This document shows positions 20,027-30,535 of a stretch of DNA of 64,000 nucleotides, one piece after another. The stretch is from Promethearchaeota archaeon. GTDB taxonomy: Archaea > Asgardarchaeota > Lokiarchaeia > Sigyniarchaeales > SOKP01. A program made the position numbers and the translations under genes. How positions within the stretch are numbered: position 1 is the stretch's first letter; each line of letters starts with the position of its first letter. The notes under the pieces were generated by a model. The model was not told the DNA's origin, ran no database searches, and saw only the letters and a list, made by a program, of their open reading frames with translations. The DNA lies in the NCBI GenBank assembly GCA_016840085.1, contig JAEOTA010000078.1:13446-77445 (forward strand), written 5' to 3'.

Positions 20027-21754
20027 TTAATAGTTTTTCATATCTTTAGCCTTAATCAAAAACTTATCCAAATTCTGTTTAATTTCCCTTTTATTAAACT
20101 TACCTACACTAGTTCTAGGGATCTCATCAACAATGGCTACCAGTTTAGGAAGCATCCATTTAGTTATCTTACCTTTATCAACACCTTCAGTTTTGAGAAA
20201 TTCAATCAGATCATCTTCATTCTTGTCAGAATTAGGTATAAGTTTTACTATAGCAAGAGTTTTTTCTCCCCATACTTCATCTGGAACGCCTACAACTGTT
20301 GCTTCAAGCACAAAATTTGCCATAGCAGCCAAATTCTCAAGTAATACTGTAGGAATACTTTCTGCTCCGCTTCTGATGATATCAGACATCCTATCCGCTA
20401 TAATTATGAAGTCTTCTTCATCAACTTTAGCAACATCCCCTGTATGAAACCAACCATCGTACCATACATCAGCGGTCTTTTCAGGATTCTTATAATATTT
20501 TTCCATTACCCAAGGACCACGAATAACTATCTCTCCAAGTGTTTTATTATCATGGGGAATTGGTTTTCCATTCTCATTAACAATTTCAACTTCAAGTCCT
20601 GGAATAGGTAATCCTGTCTTTACTCTGACTTCATCTAGTTTCTCTTTCGACCAGTTCCTCATGTATTTCTTTACAAATGCCGAAATAGTAGTCGGTGCCG
20701 TCTCTGTCATCCCATATCCAGAACTTGCAGTAAATCCAGGAATTTTTTTCTCGATCTTTGTTTTTAATCCTAATGGTAGAGCTCCGCCACCCACGCTTAC
20801 CTGTATAAGACTGCTTAAATCATACTTATCAAGATCTTTATACTCAAGAAGCAAGGCTAGAATCGTTGGAACCACAGCAGTAGATGTCACTTTCTCAGTT
20901 TGAACTAATTCACAAAAACCATCAACAGTGAAGGTACCTGGAAGTACAATCTTTACACCTAAAAAGGTGTAGATAAAAGGAGCACCCCAACCATGGATAT
21001 GAAATAGAGGTGTGATTATCATAGGAACACCATTCTCACCAAGATAAACACGTGTAGGATCGTTGATAAAAGCACTATAGGCTATCATGTGTAAAGTAAA
21101 TAAGTATAGAGCTTTATGAGTGAACATAGCACCTTTCGGAAGTCCAGTGGTTCCAGTAGTATAACAGAGAGTAGCATAGTTATCCTCACTTAAATAGGGC
21201 CATTCAAATTTATCAGATTCTTGTGAAAGCAACGCTTCATACTCATAAAGTTTCTCTATCTTTGTATCAGGCAGTCCTGGCTTATCGGACATATAGACAA
21301 ATTTCTTAACTGTATCTTTTATTTTGTCATAAACTGATTCTAATAATGGTAGAAGTAAATCATCAAAAAATATCACTTTATCCTCCGCATGATTAATTGT
21401 ATAAATTATGTGATCTTGAGAAAGTCTTATATTAATTGGATGGAGCATTGCTCCACTGCAGGGAGCAGCATAATAAAGTTCTAGGTGTCTATGTGTATTA
21501 AGTGCCATGGTGGCAACCCTGTCACCAGGTTCACCAGGCTTCCCAGGTATTACATCTAAAGTCTTTAATACATTTGCCAGACGACATGCACGCTTATACC
21601 ACTCAAGCCACGTAAAGCGATAGAATTCACCAGTGATATGGTTTCTATAGACTACACCTATTTCATTTGGATAGGTTTTCACTGGTCTTTTCATAAAAGT
21701 CGTGAGGAGTAGTGGATAGTGAGTGCTAAATTCAGGATAGGTTTTGTTGACCAT
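20027..21754 (-). CDS. Medium/long-chain fatty acid-CoA ligase
   Basis: YTTGTTGLPKG, GYGMTE, GWFHTGD, PRTSVGK. Confidence 0.92.
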   Translation of the reverse strand: MVNKTYPEFSTHYPLLLTTFMKRPVKTYPNEIGVVYRNHITGEFYRFTWLEWYKRACRLANVLKTLDVIPGKPGEPGDRVATMALNTHRHLELYYAAPCSGAMLHPINIRLSQDHIIYTINHAEDKVIFFDDLLLPLLESVYDKIKDTVKKFVYMSDKPGLPDTKIEKLYEYEALLSQESDKFEWPYLSEDNYATLCYTTGTTGLPKGAMFTHKALYLFTLHMIAYSAFINDPTRVYLGENGVPMIITPLFHIHGWGAPFIYTFLGVKIVLPGTFTVDGFCELVQTEKVTSTAVVPTILALLLEYKDLDKYDLSSLIQVSVGGGALPLGLKTKIEKKIPGFTASSGYGMTETAPTTISAFVKKYMRNWSKEKLDEVRVKTGLPIPGLEVEIVNENGKPIPHDNKTLGEIVIRGPWVMEKYYKNPEKTADVWYDGWFHTGDVAKVDEEDFIIIADRMSDIIRSGAESIPTVLLENLAAMANFVLEATVVGVPDEVWGEKTLAIVKLIPNSDKNEDDLIEFLKTEGVDKGKITKWMLPKLVAIVDEIPRTSVGKFNKREIKQNLDKFLIKAKDMKNY

Positions 21755-22062
21755 GTTTCATCTCCAAATAATAGATTTATTTTTTATAGTTTTTATTTTT
21801 AATTTAATTGTTTAAGTATTTAAAATTTTAAAATAAGAGTTTTTCATGCTTAATTCTTTCAGTTGAGAATCTGAGAGTATGTAAATTTAAAAAAAAATAA
21901 AAAATTAAGTAATTGTTTACTAAAATGTGCGAAAGTTTATTTTTACACTTATTAAATTGTTAATGTTAGATGGTATTAATTTTAATTTGACTAACAATTA
22001 TAAATTCTAAGTATCATAATAAACCTTTTTAAAACTATTTTAATCTAATAAGGAGATCTCAA

Positions 22063-22923
22063 ATGAACAATAGCAAATTGATGACTATAGATGAGGCGAT
22101 TTCAACATATGTCCAAGATGGTGATTTAGTAGGAATAGGAGGACTTTCTTTCTGGAGAAAACCAATAAGTGCTTGTAGAGAAATAATCAGACAAGGTAAG
22201 AAAAATTTATCATTGTGTACGTTTGTTGGGGGAATTGAGGTTGATTTACTTATAGCAGGGGGATGTATCTCAGAAGTAAGAAGCTGTTTTGTAGGAATGG
22301 AAATTTTTGGTATGGCACCACATTATAGAAAAGCTGTAGAAGCAGGTGCTATTCATGTATCAGAAGAAAGTGAGGCTACTATTGCTTTAGGATTGAGAGC
22401 ATCTTACTTGAAAGTACCGTTCATGCCTTTAAAAGGTATTATCGGGACTGATATGGCCAAAGTGAGGAATGATATTAAACAAATTGAGGATCCACTTGGT
22501 TCAGAAACTCAGGTTATGGCGGTCCCTAAGATCGATTTAGATGTAGCAATAATTCATGTGCCTTATGCTGATGAATTTGGGAATGGAAATATTGCTGGAG
22601 CTGTTTGGATGGATGCAGATATGGGAAAAACAGCAAAAAAAACAATTATAACGTGTGAAAAGTTAGTTGAAACAGAAGATATTCGATATTTACAAGGCAA
22701 AGCCCAATTACCTATGCAAACGACTAGTGCTGTTGTGAAGATTCCTTTTGGGGCTCATCCTACCTCATGCTATCGCAAATATACATTTGATGCTCTACAC
22801 ATTCAAGAATATCTAAAAATGGATTTCAGTGAATATAAAAAGAAATTTATTGATGTTAATTCTCATGCTAAATACTTGGATAATGCTGGAGGAGCTCAAA
22901 TGATATTAAATATCTTGTTGTAA
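22063..22923 (+). CDS. CoA-transferase family I fold, subunit A (GctA/IpdA-like)
   Basis: DGDLVGIGG..RKP, GLRA...PFMP, DVAIIH..ADEFGN, PFGAHPTSC. Confidence 0.88.
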   Translation: MNNSKLMTIDEAISTYVQDGDLVGIGGLSFWRKPISACREIIRQGKKNLSLCTFVGGIEVDLLIAGGCISEVRSCFVGMEIFGMAPHYRKAVEAGAIHVSEESEATIALGLRASYLKVPFMPLKGIIGTDMAKVRNDIKQIEDPLGSETQVMAVPKIDLDVAIIHVPYADEFGNGNIAGAVWMDADMGKTAKKTIITCEKLVETEDIRYLQGKAQLPMQTTSAVVKIPFGAHPTSCYRKYTFDALHIQEYLKMDFSEYKKKFIDVNSHAKYLDNAGGAQMILNILL

Positions 22924-23119
22924 TAATAGTTTAAACCTAAGCAATTATATGTAGCTCTCACGTTAAATAATGCTTCACACCGCTACTTTTCAAATTTAAG
23001 TTATGGTTCGAAAAATTAAAATGTGTACATTGATGAACTAATCGTAAAACAGATAAATTATTATTGATCACTTTAGATATTAAATAAAAATTATATAAAA
23101 ATTAGAAGTAATTTTCAAA

Positions 23120-23611
23120 ATGATTTATTTAGAAGCCAAATTACCAGACATTCCAGGAAGTTTAATAGAAATGATTAAACCAATCTCCCAAAATGGGGGA
23201 AATATTTATGGAATATTACACCATCACGATAAAAAAAAGAATAATATGATTCCTGTAACTATTTGGTTTGAATTAAATGAGGAGCTTATTGATTTATCTA
23301 TAAAAAATATTCAAAAGGATTTAATTGAAAAAAATATAGAAATCATTAAAATTTCTATAGGTTCTAAAAGTCAGATGATGACCGTAATAATATCTGGCCA
23401 TGTTTTCGATACAGATATAACAGATACAATTAAACGTTTAGATTCAAAAAATATAAAAGTTCTTGAATTACAAGCGAAATTTACTGGATTTGAAGAAATA
23501 AGTAATGTAAAAATGAAGGTAGAATTTCCTGAATCAATGACAAAATTCGAATTAATTCATGAAATTGAAAAAATATGTAAAGAGAAAAATCTTTTCTTGA
23601 TACGATCATAA
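23120..23611 (+). CDS. ACT-domain protein, putative allosteric subunit of homoserine dehydrogenase
   Basis: LPDIPGSL..GGNI and GHVFDTDITDTI double-ACT pattern; immediately upstream of hom, as in other archaea. Confidence 0.82.
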   Translation: MIYLEAKLPDIPGSLIEMIKPISQNGGNIYGILHHHDKKKNNMIPVTIWFELNEELIDLSIKNIQKDLIEKNIEIIKISIGSKSQMMTVIISGHVFDTDITDTIKRLDSKNIKVLELQAKFTGFEEISNVKMKVEFPESMTKFELIHEIEKICKEKNLFLIRS

Positions 23612-23633
23612 TAAGTTAAACCCGGGTGATGAT

Positions 23634-24653
23634 ATGGAACTAAAAATATGTTTAATCGGCAAAGGCAATGTAGGAACCTGTTTTCTACAATTATTAAAAG
23701 AAAAAAGACATATGATTAAAGAAATTTATAATTGTGAATGTATATTAGTAGCAATTTTCGAGCATGATGGTGCTATAATTAATAAAGATGGAATAGATTT
23801 AAACGAGCTTTTAGCCAAAAGCGCTAATTTTAGAAAAAATCTATTTTGGAAAAAAGATGTGAAAGCTAAAGGTCTAATTTCTGAATTAGGTATAAATCTC
23901 TGTATTGAAACAACTCCTACTAATCCAAATACTGGAGAACCTGCATTAACACATATAATTGAAGCTTTAAGTAATAATATCGATGTAATCTCGTCAAATA
24001 AAGCCCCCTTTTTTTTATATTATAAAAGAATTAAAGATTTAGCTGAGAAAATGAACTGCTTTATAAGATATGAAGCAACAGTAGCTAGTTGTGTTCCTGC
24101 TTTATCAATAAAAAGAAATCTTATAGGGAATAAGATTATTCGAATTAAAGCAATACTGAATGGTACGAATAATTATATTTTAAGTCGAATGGCAACCGAA
24201 GGAATTTCTTTTGCAGTAGCGTTAAAAGAGGCACAAGAGTTAGGGTATGCAGAAGCAGATCCAAGTTTAGATGTTGGAGGTTTTGACACCGCAGGTAAAT
24301 TAGTAATTCTAGCAAACGAATTGCTTGGTTGGTCAAAATCCATTGAAGATGTAAAAATTGAAGGGATCACTAAAATCACGCCGCAGGCTTTAGAGTTAGC
24401 TAAAATAGATGGTTATATTATAAAACATTTAGCTATTGCTGAAGAAAATAACTTAATCGTAGAACCAAGGTTGGTAAAAAGAGATTCACCTCTAAATATT
24501 AGTGGGGCATTAAATCTTATTAAACTTCAAACAAAACACGCAGGATCTATAATATTTATGGGAAAAGGAGCAGGAGGTTTGGAAGCAGCCTCTGCCATAC
24601 TTAACGATCTCATCAATATCGTTATAGAAAGAAATAAGATAAGGCATAATTGA
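23634..24653 (+). CDS. hom: Homoserine dehydrogenase
   Basis: GKGNVG, SNK, YEATV, ILNGTNNYIL, GYAEADPSLDVGG, GKGAGG. Confidence 0.95.
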   Translation: MELKICLIGKGNVGTCFLQLLKEKRHMIKEIYNCECILVAIFEHDGAIINKDGIDLNELLAKSANFRKNLFWKKDVKAKGLISELGINLCIETTPTNPNTGEPALTHIIEALSNNIDVISSNKAPFFLYYKRIKDLAEKMNCFIRYEATVASCVPALSIKRNLIGNKIIRIKAILNGTNNYILSRMATEGISFAVALKEAQELGYAEADPSLDVGGFDTAGKLVILANELLGWSKSIEDVKIEGITKITPQALELAKIDGYIIKHLAIAEENNLIVEPRLVKRDSPLNISGALNLIKLQTKHAGSIIFMGKGAGGLEAASAILNDLINIVIERNKIRHN

Positions 24654-24680
24654 AATAAATACACAAAAGAGACGTTTAAA

Positions 24681-26039
24681 ATGAAATTTCACTCTACAAA
24701 TTATAATTCTAAAGAAGTAGATTTTGAGACTGCTATTTTACGAGGTCAAGCCTTAGATAATGGATTATACATGTTAAACAAAATTCCAAAATTGACTGAA
24801 GAGACTCTTGATTCTTTTAAAAGTATGGATTTCATCGAAATTGCGTTAATTATAATTTCAAAATTCATTGGAGATATTATATCGGAAGAGAAACTTAAAA
24901 AAATCGTTAATAATGCCTTAAATTTTGAAATTCCAGTTGAAAAGATTGTAAATGATGATTATATATGCTATTTAGATCGTGGTCCTACATGTAGTTTCAA
25001 AGATTTTGGAGCAAGGACGTTAGCTAGAATAATGGACTATTTTCTCGAAATTGAAAATAAGGAGTTAATAATATTAACGGCAACTTCAGGAGATACTGGT
25101 GGTGCTGTTGCTCAAGCTTTTTATGAAATGCCCAGAATTAAAGTTGCGGTCTTATACCCTAAAGATGAAATTAGTGATTTACAAAGAAAACAGATGACAT
25201 CTCTAGATAAAAATGTTATAGCATTTGGAATAAATGGGAAATTTGATGATTGTCAAAGTTTAGTAAAAACTGCTTTTGCTGATGAAGAGTTAAAAAATCT
25301 TCGTTTATCTTCTGCGAATTCTATAAATTTTGGGCGATTATTACCTCAAACGCTATATTATTTTTGGAGTTATTCCCGTATTGTTGAGAAAAAAGGAGAA
25401 GAAGTCCTATTCTCTGTTCCTTCAGGAAATTTTGGAAATCTTACTGGAGGTCTGATTGCTAAGAAAATGGGACTTCCTGTCAAGAGATTTATTTCCGCAG
25501 TTAATGAGAATGATGAATTTCCAACCTTTTTGAGAACTGGTATTTATAAAAAAGTGGAGCCCTCAAAAAAGTGCATATCTAACGCTATGAATGTGGGTCA
25601 TCCTTCAAATTTAGCTAGGATATTTGATCTTTACGGAGGTCAAATAGATGAGAGCGGAGATGTTTATAAAATTCCAAATATGGAAGAACTTCGTAAAGAT
25701 ATCGTTTCATTTTCCATAAATGATGAAGCCACTAAGGATACAATTGTTAAATTTTATGAAAAACATAAAAAAATTATTGAACCCCACGGTGCTGTAGGAT
25801 GGGCTGCTCTTAAGATTTATCGTAAAAATTTTCCGGAGAATAATAATCTTAAATCAATAACATTTGAAACTGCGCATCCATCAAAATTTCCAGATGAGAT
25901 TATTTCATTAATTAAAATTTCTCCAGAGATGCCAAACATATTGAAAATGATATGGGATAACAAAGAATTTCCTAATCCGAAAGAAATTGGCAATTACCAA
26001 GACTTTAAGAATTTTTTATTAGAAGAATTTAGTAATTAA
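24681..26039 (+). CDS. thrC: Threonine synthase
   Basis: GPTCSFKDFG PLP lysine, ATSGDTG, SANSINFGR, PSGNFGN, TAHPSKF. Confidence 0.95.
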   Translation: MKFHSTNYNSKEVDFETAILRGQALDNGLYMLNKIPKLTEETLDSFKSMDFIEIALIIISKFIGDIISEEKLKKIVNNALNFEIPVEKIVNDDYICYLDRGPTCSFKDFGARTLARIMDYFLEIENKELIILTATSGDTGGAVAQAFYEMPRIKVAVLYPKDEISDLQRKQMTSLDKNVIAFGINGKFDDCQSLVKTAFADEELKNLRLSSANSINFGRLLPQTLYYFWSYSRIVEKKGEEVLFSVPSGNFGNLTGGLIAKKMGLPVKRFISAVNENDEFPTFLRTGIYKKVEPSKKCISNAMNVGHPSNLARIFDLYGGQIDESGDVYKIPNMEELRKDIVSFSINDEATKDTIVKFYEKHKKIIEPHGAVGWAALKIYRKNFPENNNLKSITFETAHPSKFPDEIISLIKISPEMPNILKMIWDNKEFPNPKEIGNYQDFKNFLLEEFSN

Positions 26040-26054
26040 AACACGCATTATAAT

Positions 26055-26666
26055 CTAATCATATAAACCTAAATAGTTGGAAATCAAATCTCTTAGTTCA
26101 GAATACTCATTAACTACAGGAAATTGGGGAAATTCATCAATAACATTTTTGGGAGGTCTAAAAAGGATGCCATATTTTGCCTCTAATAACATTGGTACAT
26201 CGTTGTATGAATCCCCTGCTGCGATAATTTCGTAATTTAATCCTTTTAGGGCTAAAATTGTTTGCTTTTTCATCTCTCTAATACGAATTTGATAATCAAT
26301 AATTATTCCTTCATCATCAATTTCGAGATTATGACAAAAACAAATAGGAAAGCCTAATTTTTTCATAAAGGGCATTACAAATTCGATATAACTATCAGTA
26401 ACAATAACTGTTTGAGCAATACTTCGAATATAATCTAGAAATTCTTTTGCTCCTGGTAGTAGTTCCATATTCAAAATAATTTCTTGAATATTTTTTAGTG
26501 AAATTTTATTTTTTTGCAATATTTCTATTCGATTTTTCATAAGAGCATCATAATCAGATATATCTCTAGTAGTTAATTTAAGTTCCCCAATTCCAGTCGA
26601 TTCACTTACTGCAATCCATACTTCAGGCGTTAAAACTCCTTCTAAATCAAAACAAACGATGTACAT
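26055..26666 (-). CDS. thrH: Bifunctional phosphoserine phosphatase/homoserine phosphotransferase ThrH
   Basis: DLEGVLTPEVW, TTRDISDYD, AAGDSYND, LFRPP..FPQF; ATG 26666. Confidence 0.92.
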   Translation of the reverse strand: MYIVCFDLEGVLTPEVWIAVSESTGIGELKLTTRDISDYDALMKNRIEILQKNKISLKNIQEIILNMELLPGAKEFLDYIRSIAQTVIVTDSYIEFVMPFMKKLGFPICFCHNLEIDDEGIIIDYQIRIREMKKQTILALKGLNYEIIAAGDSYNDVPMLLEAKYGILFRPPKNVIDEFPQFPVVNEYSELRDLISNYLGLYD

Positions 26667-26864
26667 AATAATTTTTTTGCAGAGATTTTTATTTAGATAT
26701 TTAATAAATCCCAATTAATGAGGATCATTAAAAGATTGAATTTTTATAAGATCTTATAACTTTTATATCTAATGAAGAAAATTTTCTCTGAATATTTTGG
26801 GGAAACAGCAAGGGAAAAATTATTTAAAATATTTTATTATAATAAGAGTAAATGGTGTGTTTTA

Positions 26865-27647
26865 ATGAGCAATTCTAATCAGTATAATGAAACCATAGAA
26901 TTAATCAATAATAGAAAAACAATTCGAGCTTATAATCCAAAATCACTTACACAAGAAGAAATTAATACAATTATACACGGAGCAATGAGAGCTCCTACTG
27001 CTGGTAACATGATGTTTTATTCAATTATTCAAGTAAATGATCAAACTAAGAAAGACAAATTAGCAATATTATGTGATAATCAGCCCCATATATCTAAAGC
27101 ACCCTTAGTGTTGATTTTTCTAGCGGATATGCAACGATGGTGGGATTATTTTAAAATTTGTAAAACTCAAGAAATTTGTAATGAGGTTGATGAAAAATTT
27201 GAGACCCCTCAGGAATCTGATTTGTTACTTGCTTGTTGTGACGCATTAATTGCTGCACAAAATGCTGTTATAACAGCTGAGGCTTTAGGTATCGGATCGT
27301 GTTATATTGCTGATATTATGGAGAATATTGAAATCCTTCGTAAAATGTTGAATCTCACTCGATGGGTATTTCCTATAGCAATGCTCTGTTTTGGATATCC
27401 AATAGGAAACAAAGAAAACATACCGTTGACTCCACGATTTTCTCAAAAATTTATCCATTTTGTCAATAAATACCACCAATTATCTAAGGAGGACTTTACC
27501 GAAATGTTTCAAAATGTAAAGAGAAGTTTCAATGTAAAACAAGCTAAGAATCTAGGACAAAATTTCTATTTTGGGAAGTTAGCAGCAGATTTTTCTAAAG
27601 AAATGCGTCGATCAGTTAAAGTAGCAATTAAAGATTGGATTTCATAA
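26865..27647 (+). CDS. Nitroreductase family protein (NfsA/Frp-like)
   Basis: NRKTIRAY, APTAGN, AAQNAVITAEALGIGSCY, FGYP; ATG 26865 behind GGTG. Confidence 0.9.
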   Translation: MSNSNQYNETIELINNRKTIRAYNPKSLTQEEINTIIHGAMRAPTAGNMMFYSIIQVNDQTKKDKLAILCDNQPHISKAPLVLIFLADMQRWWDYFKICKTQEICNEVDEKFETPQESDLLLACCDALIAAQNAVITAEALGIGSCYIADIMENIEILRKMLNLTRWVFPIAMLCFGYPIGNKENIPLTPRFSQKFIHFVNKYHQLSKEDFTEMFQNVKRSFNVKQAKNLGQNFYFGKLAADFSKEMRRSVKVAIKDWIS

Positions 27648-27692
27648 AATAATAAAGCTTTATATTTAATTTGATCCTTATTAATTATTTTT

Positions 27693-29960
27693 TCATTGTT
27701 TTGACATCTCAGCACGATATTGAGTTTCTGCATCCTCACGTATACGTGATGGCTTCCTATAACGGGGTAACTTAATATTTACCTTTCTTATTGTACCTGT
27801 AAAATGAAATGGTGCTTTATAATCTTCTGTTATTGGGGATAAGCTATTCCTCCCAATATCTAAGCCTGTGGATGATATCATGCGTAGTATATAAGGAACT
27901 TGAATTGAACCACATTCCTTATCATCAATAATAAGAGTAATAGTTCCTTTTCTTCCTTCCCGTATAAATTTGACTCCAATTGAGCATTCTCCGGTAGGAA
28001 TACTAACCTCTGAACGTATGACGTGGTGATCTGTGAAAATATTATAATCAAATACAGAGAAATTGTCTTTAATATACCAACAATAGCCACAATTCTGAGT
28101 TCCCATTGCAACAATTACTCCCTCATCTTTTTCATTAGAGCGTTCGATTTCCGCTGTCATTGTCCAACTTCGATTTCCTACTGCAGGAGATACTTCGGAA
28201 GGTAGATGGGCGATTGGAGGAAAATATGTATACTCTCGCCCCGCATGAGGTGATCCAGGATCAAAACGAACCCTAAATAATTCAGCTCTTCTATCATCTA
28301 ATGGTAATACACCATATTTACCAGCTTCAACCCACCATAAGTCGATTAATTTTCGTAATTTATCAGGATACTTCTCAGCTAAGTTATTCCACTCAGAAAA
28401 ATCCTCTCTTAAATTAAATAACTCCCACTCTTCATCATCATATGGTTGACCTTGTCTATGAACGGTTACAGCTTTCCAACCATCAGCCCAGATGCCACGG
28501 TGACCGAACATTTCAAAATGTTGAACTTGCTTACGAGATTTCTCCGTTGGTGAATCAAAAGTATAAGCCATTGACAAACCGGACATGGGGATCTGACTAT
28601 ATCCTCTAAATATTGAGGGGGGCTCAATTTTGAGGATATCTAAGATTGTAGGTGTGATATCTGTGATATAATGGAATTGAGTGCGAAAACCACCTCTATC
28701 TTTAATATGATGTGGCCAATGGATAATCAATGGATCACGAACACCACCCCCAAAAATATGAGACTTATACCATTTAAGAGGAGAGTTTCCTGCTTGTGCC
28801 CATCCCCAAGGAATGTTACTATGACTATGAGGTCCTCCAATGTCATCCAATCTATCTTGGATAGCATCTACGTCCTCTGATACTGCATTAAAGAATTTGA
28901 ATTCATCCATAACACCGGTGTGACCCCCTTCCATACTTGCACCATTGTCAGATAACAATATAATCAATGTATTATCAAATTCACCCAATTCCTCAAGAAA
29001 TGAGATTAATCGTCCAATATGATGATCAGTATGATCAAGAAATCCTGCAAAAGCTTCTTGTAGTCTTAAAGCGAATTTTTTCATATTACTGGACAATTCT
29101 TCCCACGGTTGCACACCTGGGTTTCGAGGAGCTAATTTTGTATTAGGTGGTATAATCCCCATTTCGAGTTGCTTTTTGTACCATTCTTCTCGAATAGCAT
29201 CCCAACCTGCATCAAATCGACCACGATATTTCTCAATGAAAGCTTTTGGAGCTTGGTGAGGTGCATGTGTAGCACCAGTTGCTAAATAAAGAAAAAAGGG
29301 TTGATCAGGTCTTATTGATTTATGATCACGGATAAATTGGATGGACTTATTAATTAAATCCTCCGTAATGTGATATCCCTTTTCAGGGCTGTAGGGAGGA
29401 TCAATAGGATGATTATCATAAGTTAACTCAGGATAAAATTGATCAGTCTCCCCTTGCATAAAACCATAGAATCGATTAAAACCACGTTGGAGAGGCCAAT
29501 GGTCAAATGGTCCTGCAACCGATGCTTGTTCCATAGGACATAGATGCCATTTACCTACTGCAAAGGTGGCATAACCATCATCGCGTAGGATTTCTGCAAG
29601 AGTTGCTGCGTGTGGAGTGATATATCCACGCATATTAGGAAAACCAGGATTAAAATTAGAGACAGCTCGCATACCCACGGAATGGTGATTTCGACCTGTT
29701 AGTAGACACGCTCGTGTGGGGGAACATAAAGCCGTAGTGTGAAAATTAGTATACCTTAGACCACTTTCAGCTAGACGATCAAAATTAGGTGTTTCAATAT
29801 TAGAGCCATAACAGCCAAAATGAGCGAAACCTGTGTCATCAAGAAGAAGAATAATTATATTGGGGCTATCATCTCCTATACGTTTAGGGATAGGCCACCA
29901 TGGAGTTGATTCATTATAAGTGCGACCTATAACTCCTTTAAATCTTTCATATTCATTCAA
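27693..29960 (-). CDS. Arylsulfatase (formylglycine type, AtsA-like) with C-terminal LamG-like domain
   Basis: LLDD, CSPTR (CxPxR), GKWH, THAPH, SDNG. Confidence 0.93.
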   Translation of the reverse strand: MNEYERFKGVIGRTYNESTPWWPIPKRIGDDSPNIIILLLDDTGFAHFGCYGSNIETPNFDRLAESGLRYTNFHTTALCSPTRACLLTGRNHHSVGMRAVSNFNPGFPNMRGYITPHAATLAEILRDDGYATFAVGKWHLCPMEQASVAGPFDHWPLQRGFNRFYGFMQGETDQFYPELTYDNHPIDPPYSPEKGYHITEDLINKSIQFIRDHKSIRPDQPFFLYLATGATHAPHQAPKAFIEKYRGRFDAGWDAIREEWYKKQLEMGIIPPNTKLAPRNPGVQPWEELSSNMKKFALRLQEAFAGFLDHTDHHIGRLISFLEELGEFDNTLIILLSDNGASMEGGHTGVMDEFKFFNAVSEDVDAIQDRLDDIGGPHSHSNIPWGWAQAGNSPLKWYKSHIFGGGVRDPLIIHWPHHIKDRGGFRTQFHYITDITPTILDILKIEPPSIFRGYSQIPMSGLSMAYTFDSPTEKSRKQVQHFEMFGHRGIWADGWKAVTVHRQGQPYDDEEWELFNLREDFSEWNNLAEKYPDKLRKLIDLWWVEAGKYGVLPLDDRRAELFRVRFDPGSPHAGREYTYFPPIAHLPSEVSPAVGNRSWTMTAEIERSNEKDEGVIVAMGTQNCGYCWYIKDNFSVFDYNIFTDHHVIRSEVSIPTGECSIGVKFIREGRKGTITLIIDDKECGSIQVPYILRMISSTGLDIGRNSLSPITEDYKAPFHFTGTIRKVNIKLPRYRKPSRIREDAETQYRAEMSKQ

Positions 29961-30019
29961 ATTTCATTACCCTTTCAAATAAACTTTTACAAATACTATA
30001 TACACATATTTAATTTTAT

Positions 30020-30110
30020 TATAATGAAATTGATTTTTCAGTAATATAAAGATTATAATATCTTCACTTTTTTATATGAAAGTAAATTTTCAGGATTATA
30101 AGAATAAGTT
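30020..30110. repeat. 91-bp direct repeat, copy 1, containing two TGAAA-N6-TTTCA palindromes
   Basis: 80/91 identical to 36161-36251 by manual alignment. Confidence 0.88.
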
Positions 30111-30535
30111 TTAACAATATAATAAGTAATTAAATTATATTCTTGTTAAAGATAGAGATATCCTTGAGATTAAACCTCATTGGTTTAATACGGATTAACT
30201 CCGTTTTACTTGTTTTAATTGATGCTCACTACAAGTTATAGAAATTAGAAAGAAAAAAAATAAGTAAATGACAATATAATAATTCAATTATTGCCCTTGA
30301 GGGTATTATAGATTAGATTTTTTGTATTATAATTAATATAATACTTTGGTTCTTTCCTACCTAAATTTAATTTTACGTTAGTGAAAAATTGACTACCTTT
30401 ATAAATAATCAAAAGTATATAATTACTTAAGATTTTTATTACGTAGATTATATTTTACGTCAGTAAATGAATATTTTTTTTTAATAAATAGATGAATATT
30501 TAAGTAAATAAAGAACGGAATAAGTTGAAAATCTT

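Noticed and set aside
30205-30270. TGT-TTT-AAT-TGA-TGC as a possible CxxU selenoprotein (Lokiarchaeia use Sec)
   Set aside because: In-frame TAA shortly upstream, no start or homology, and no convincing SECIS seen
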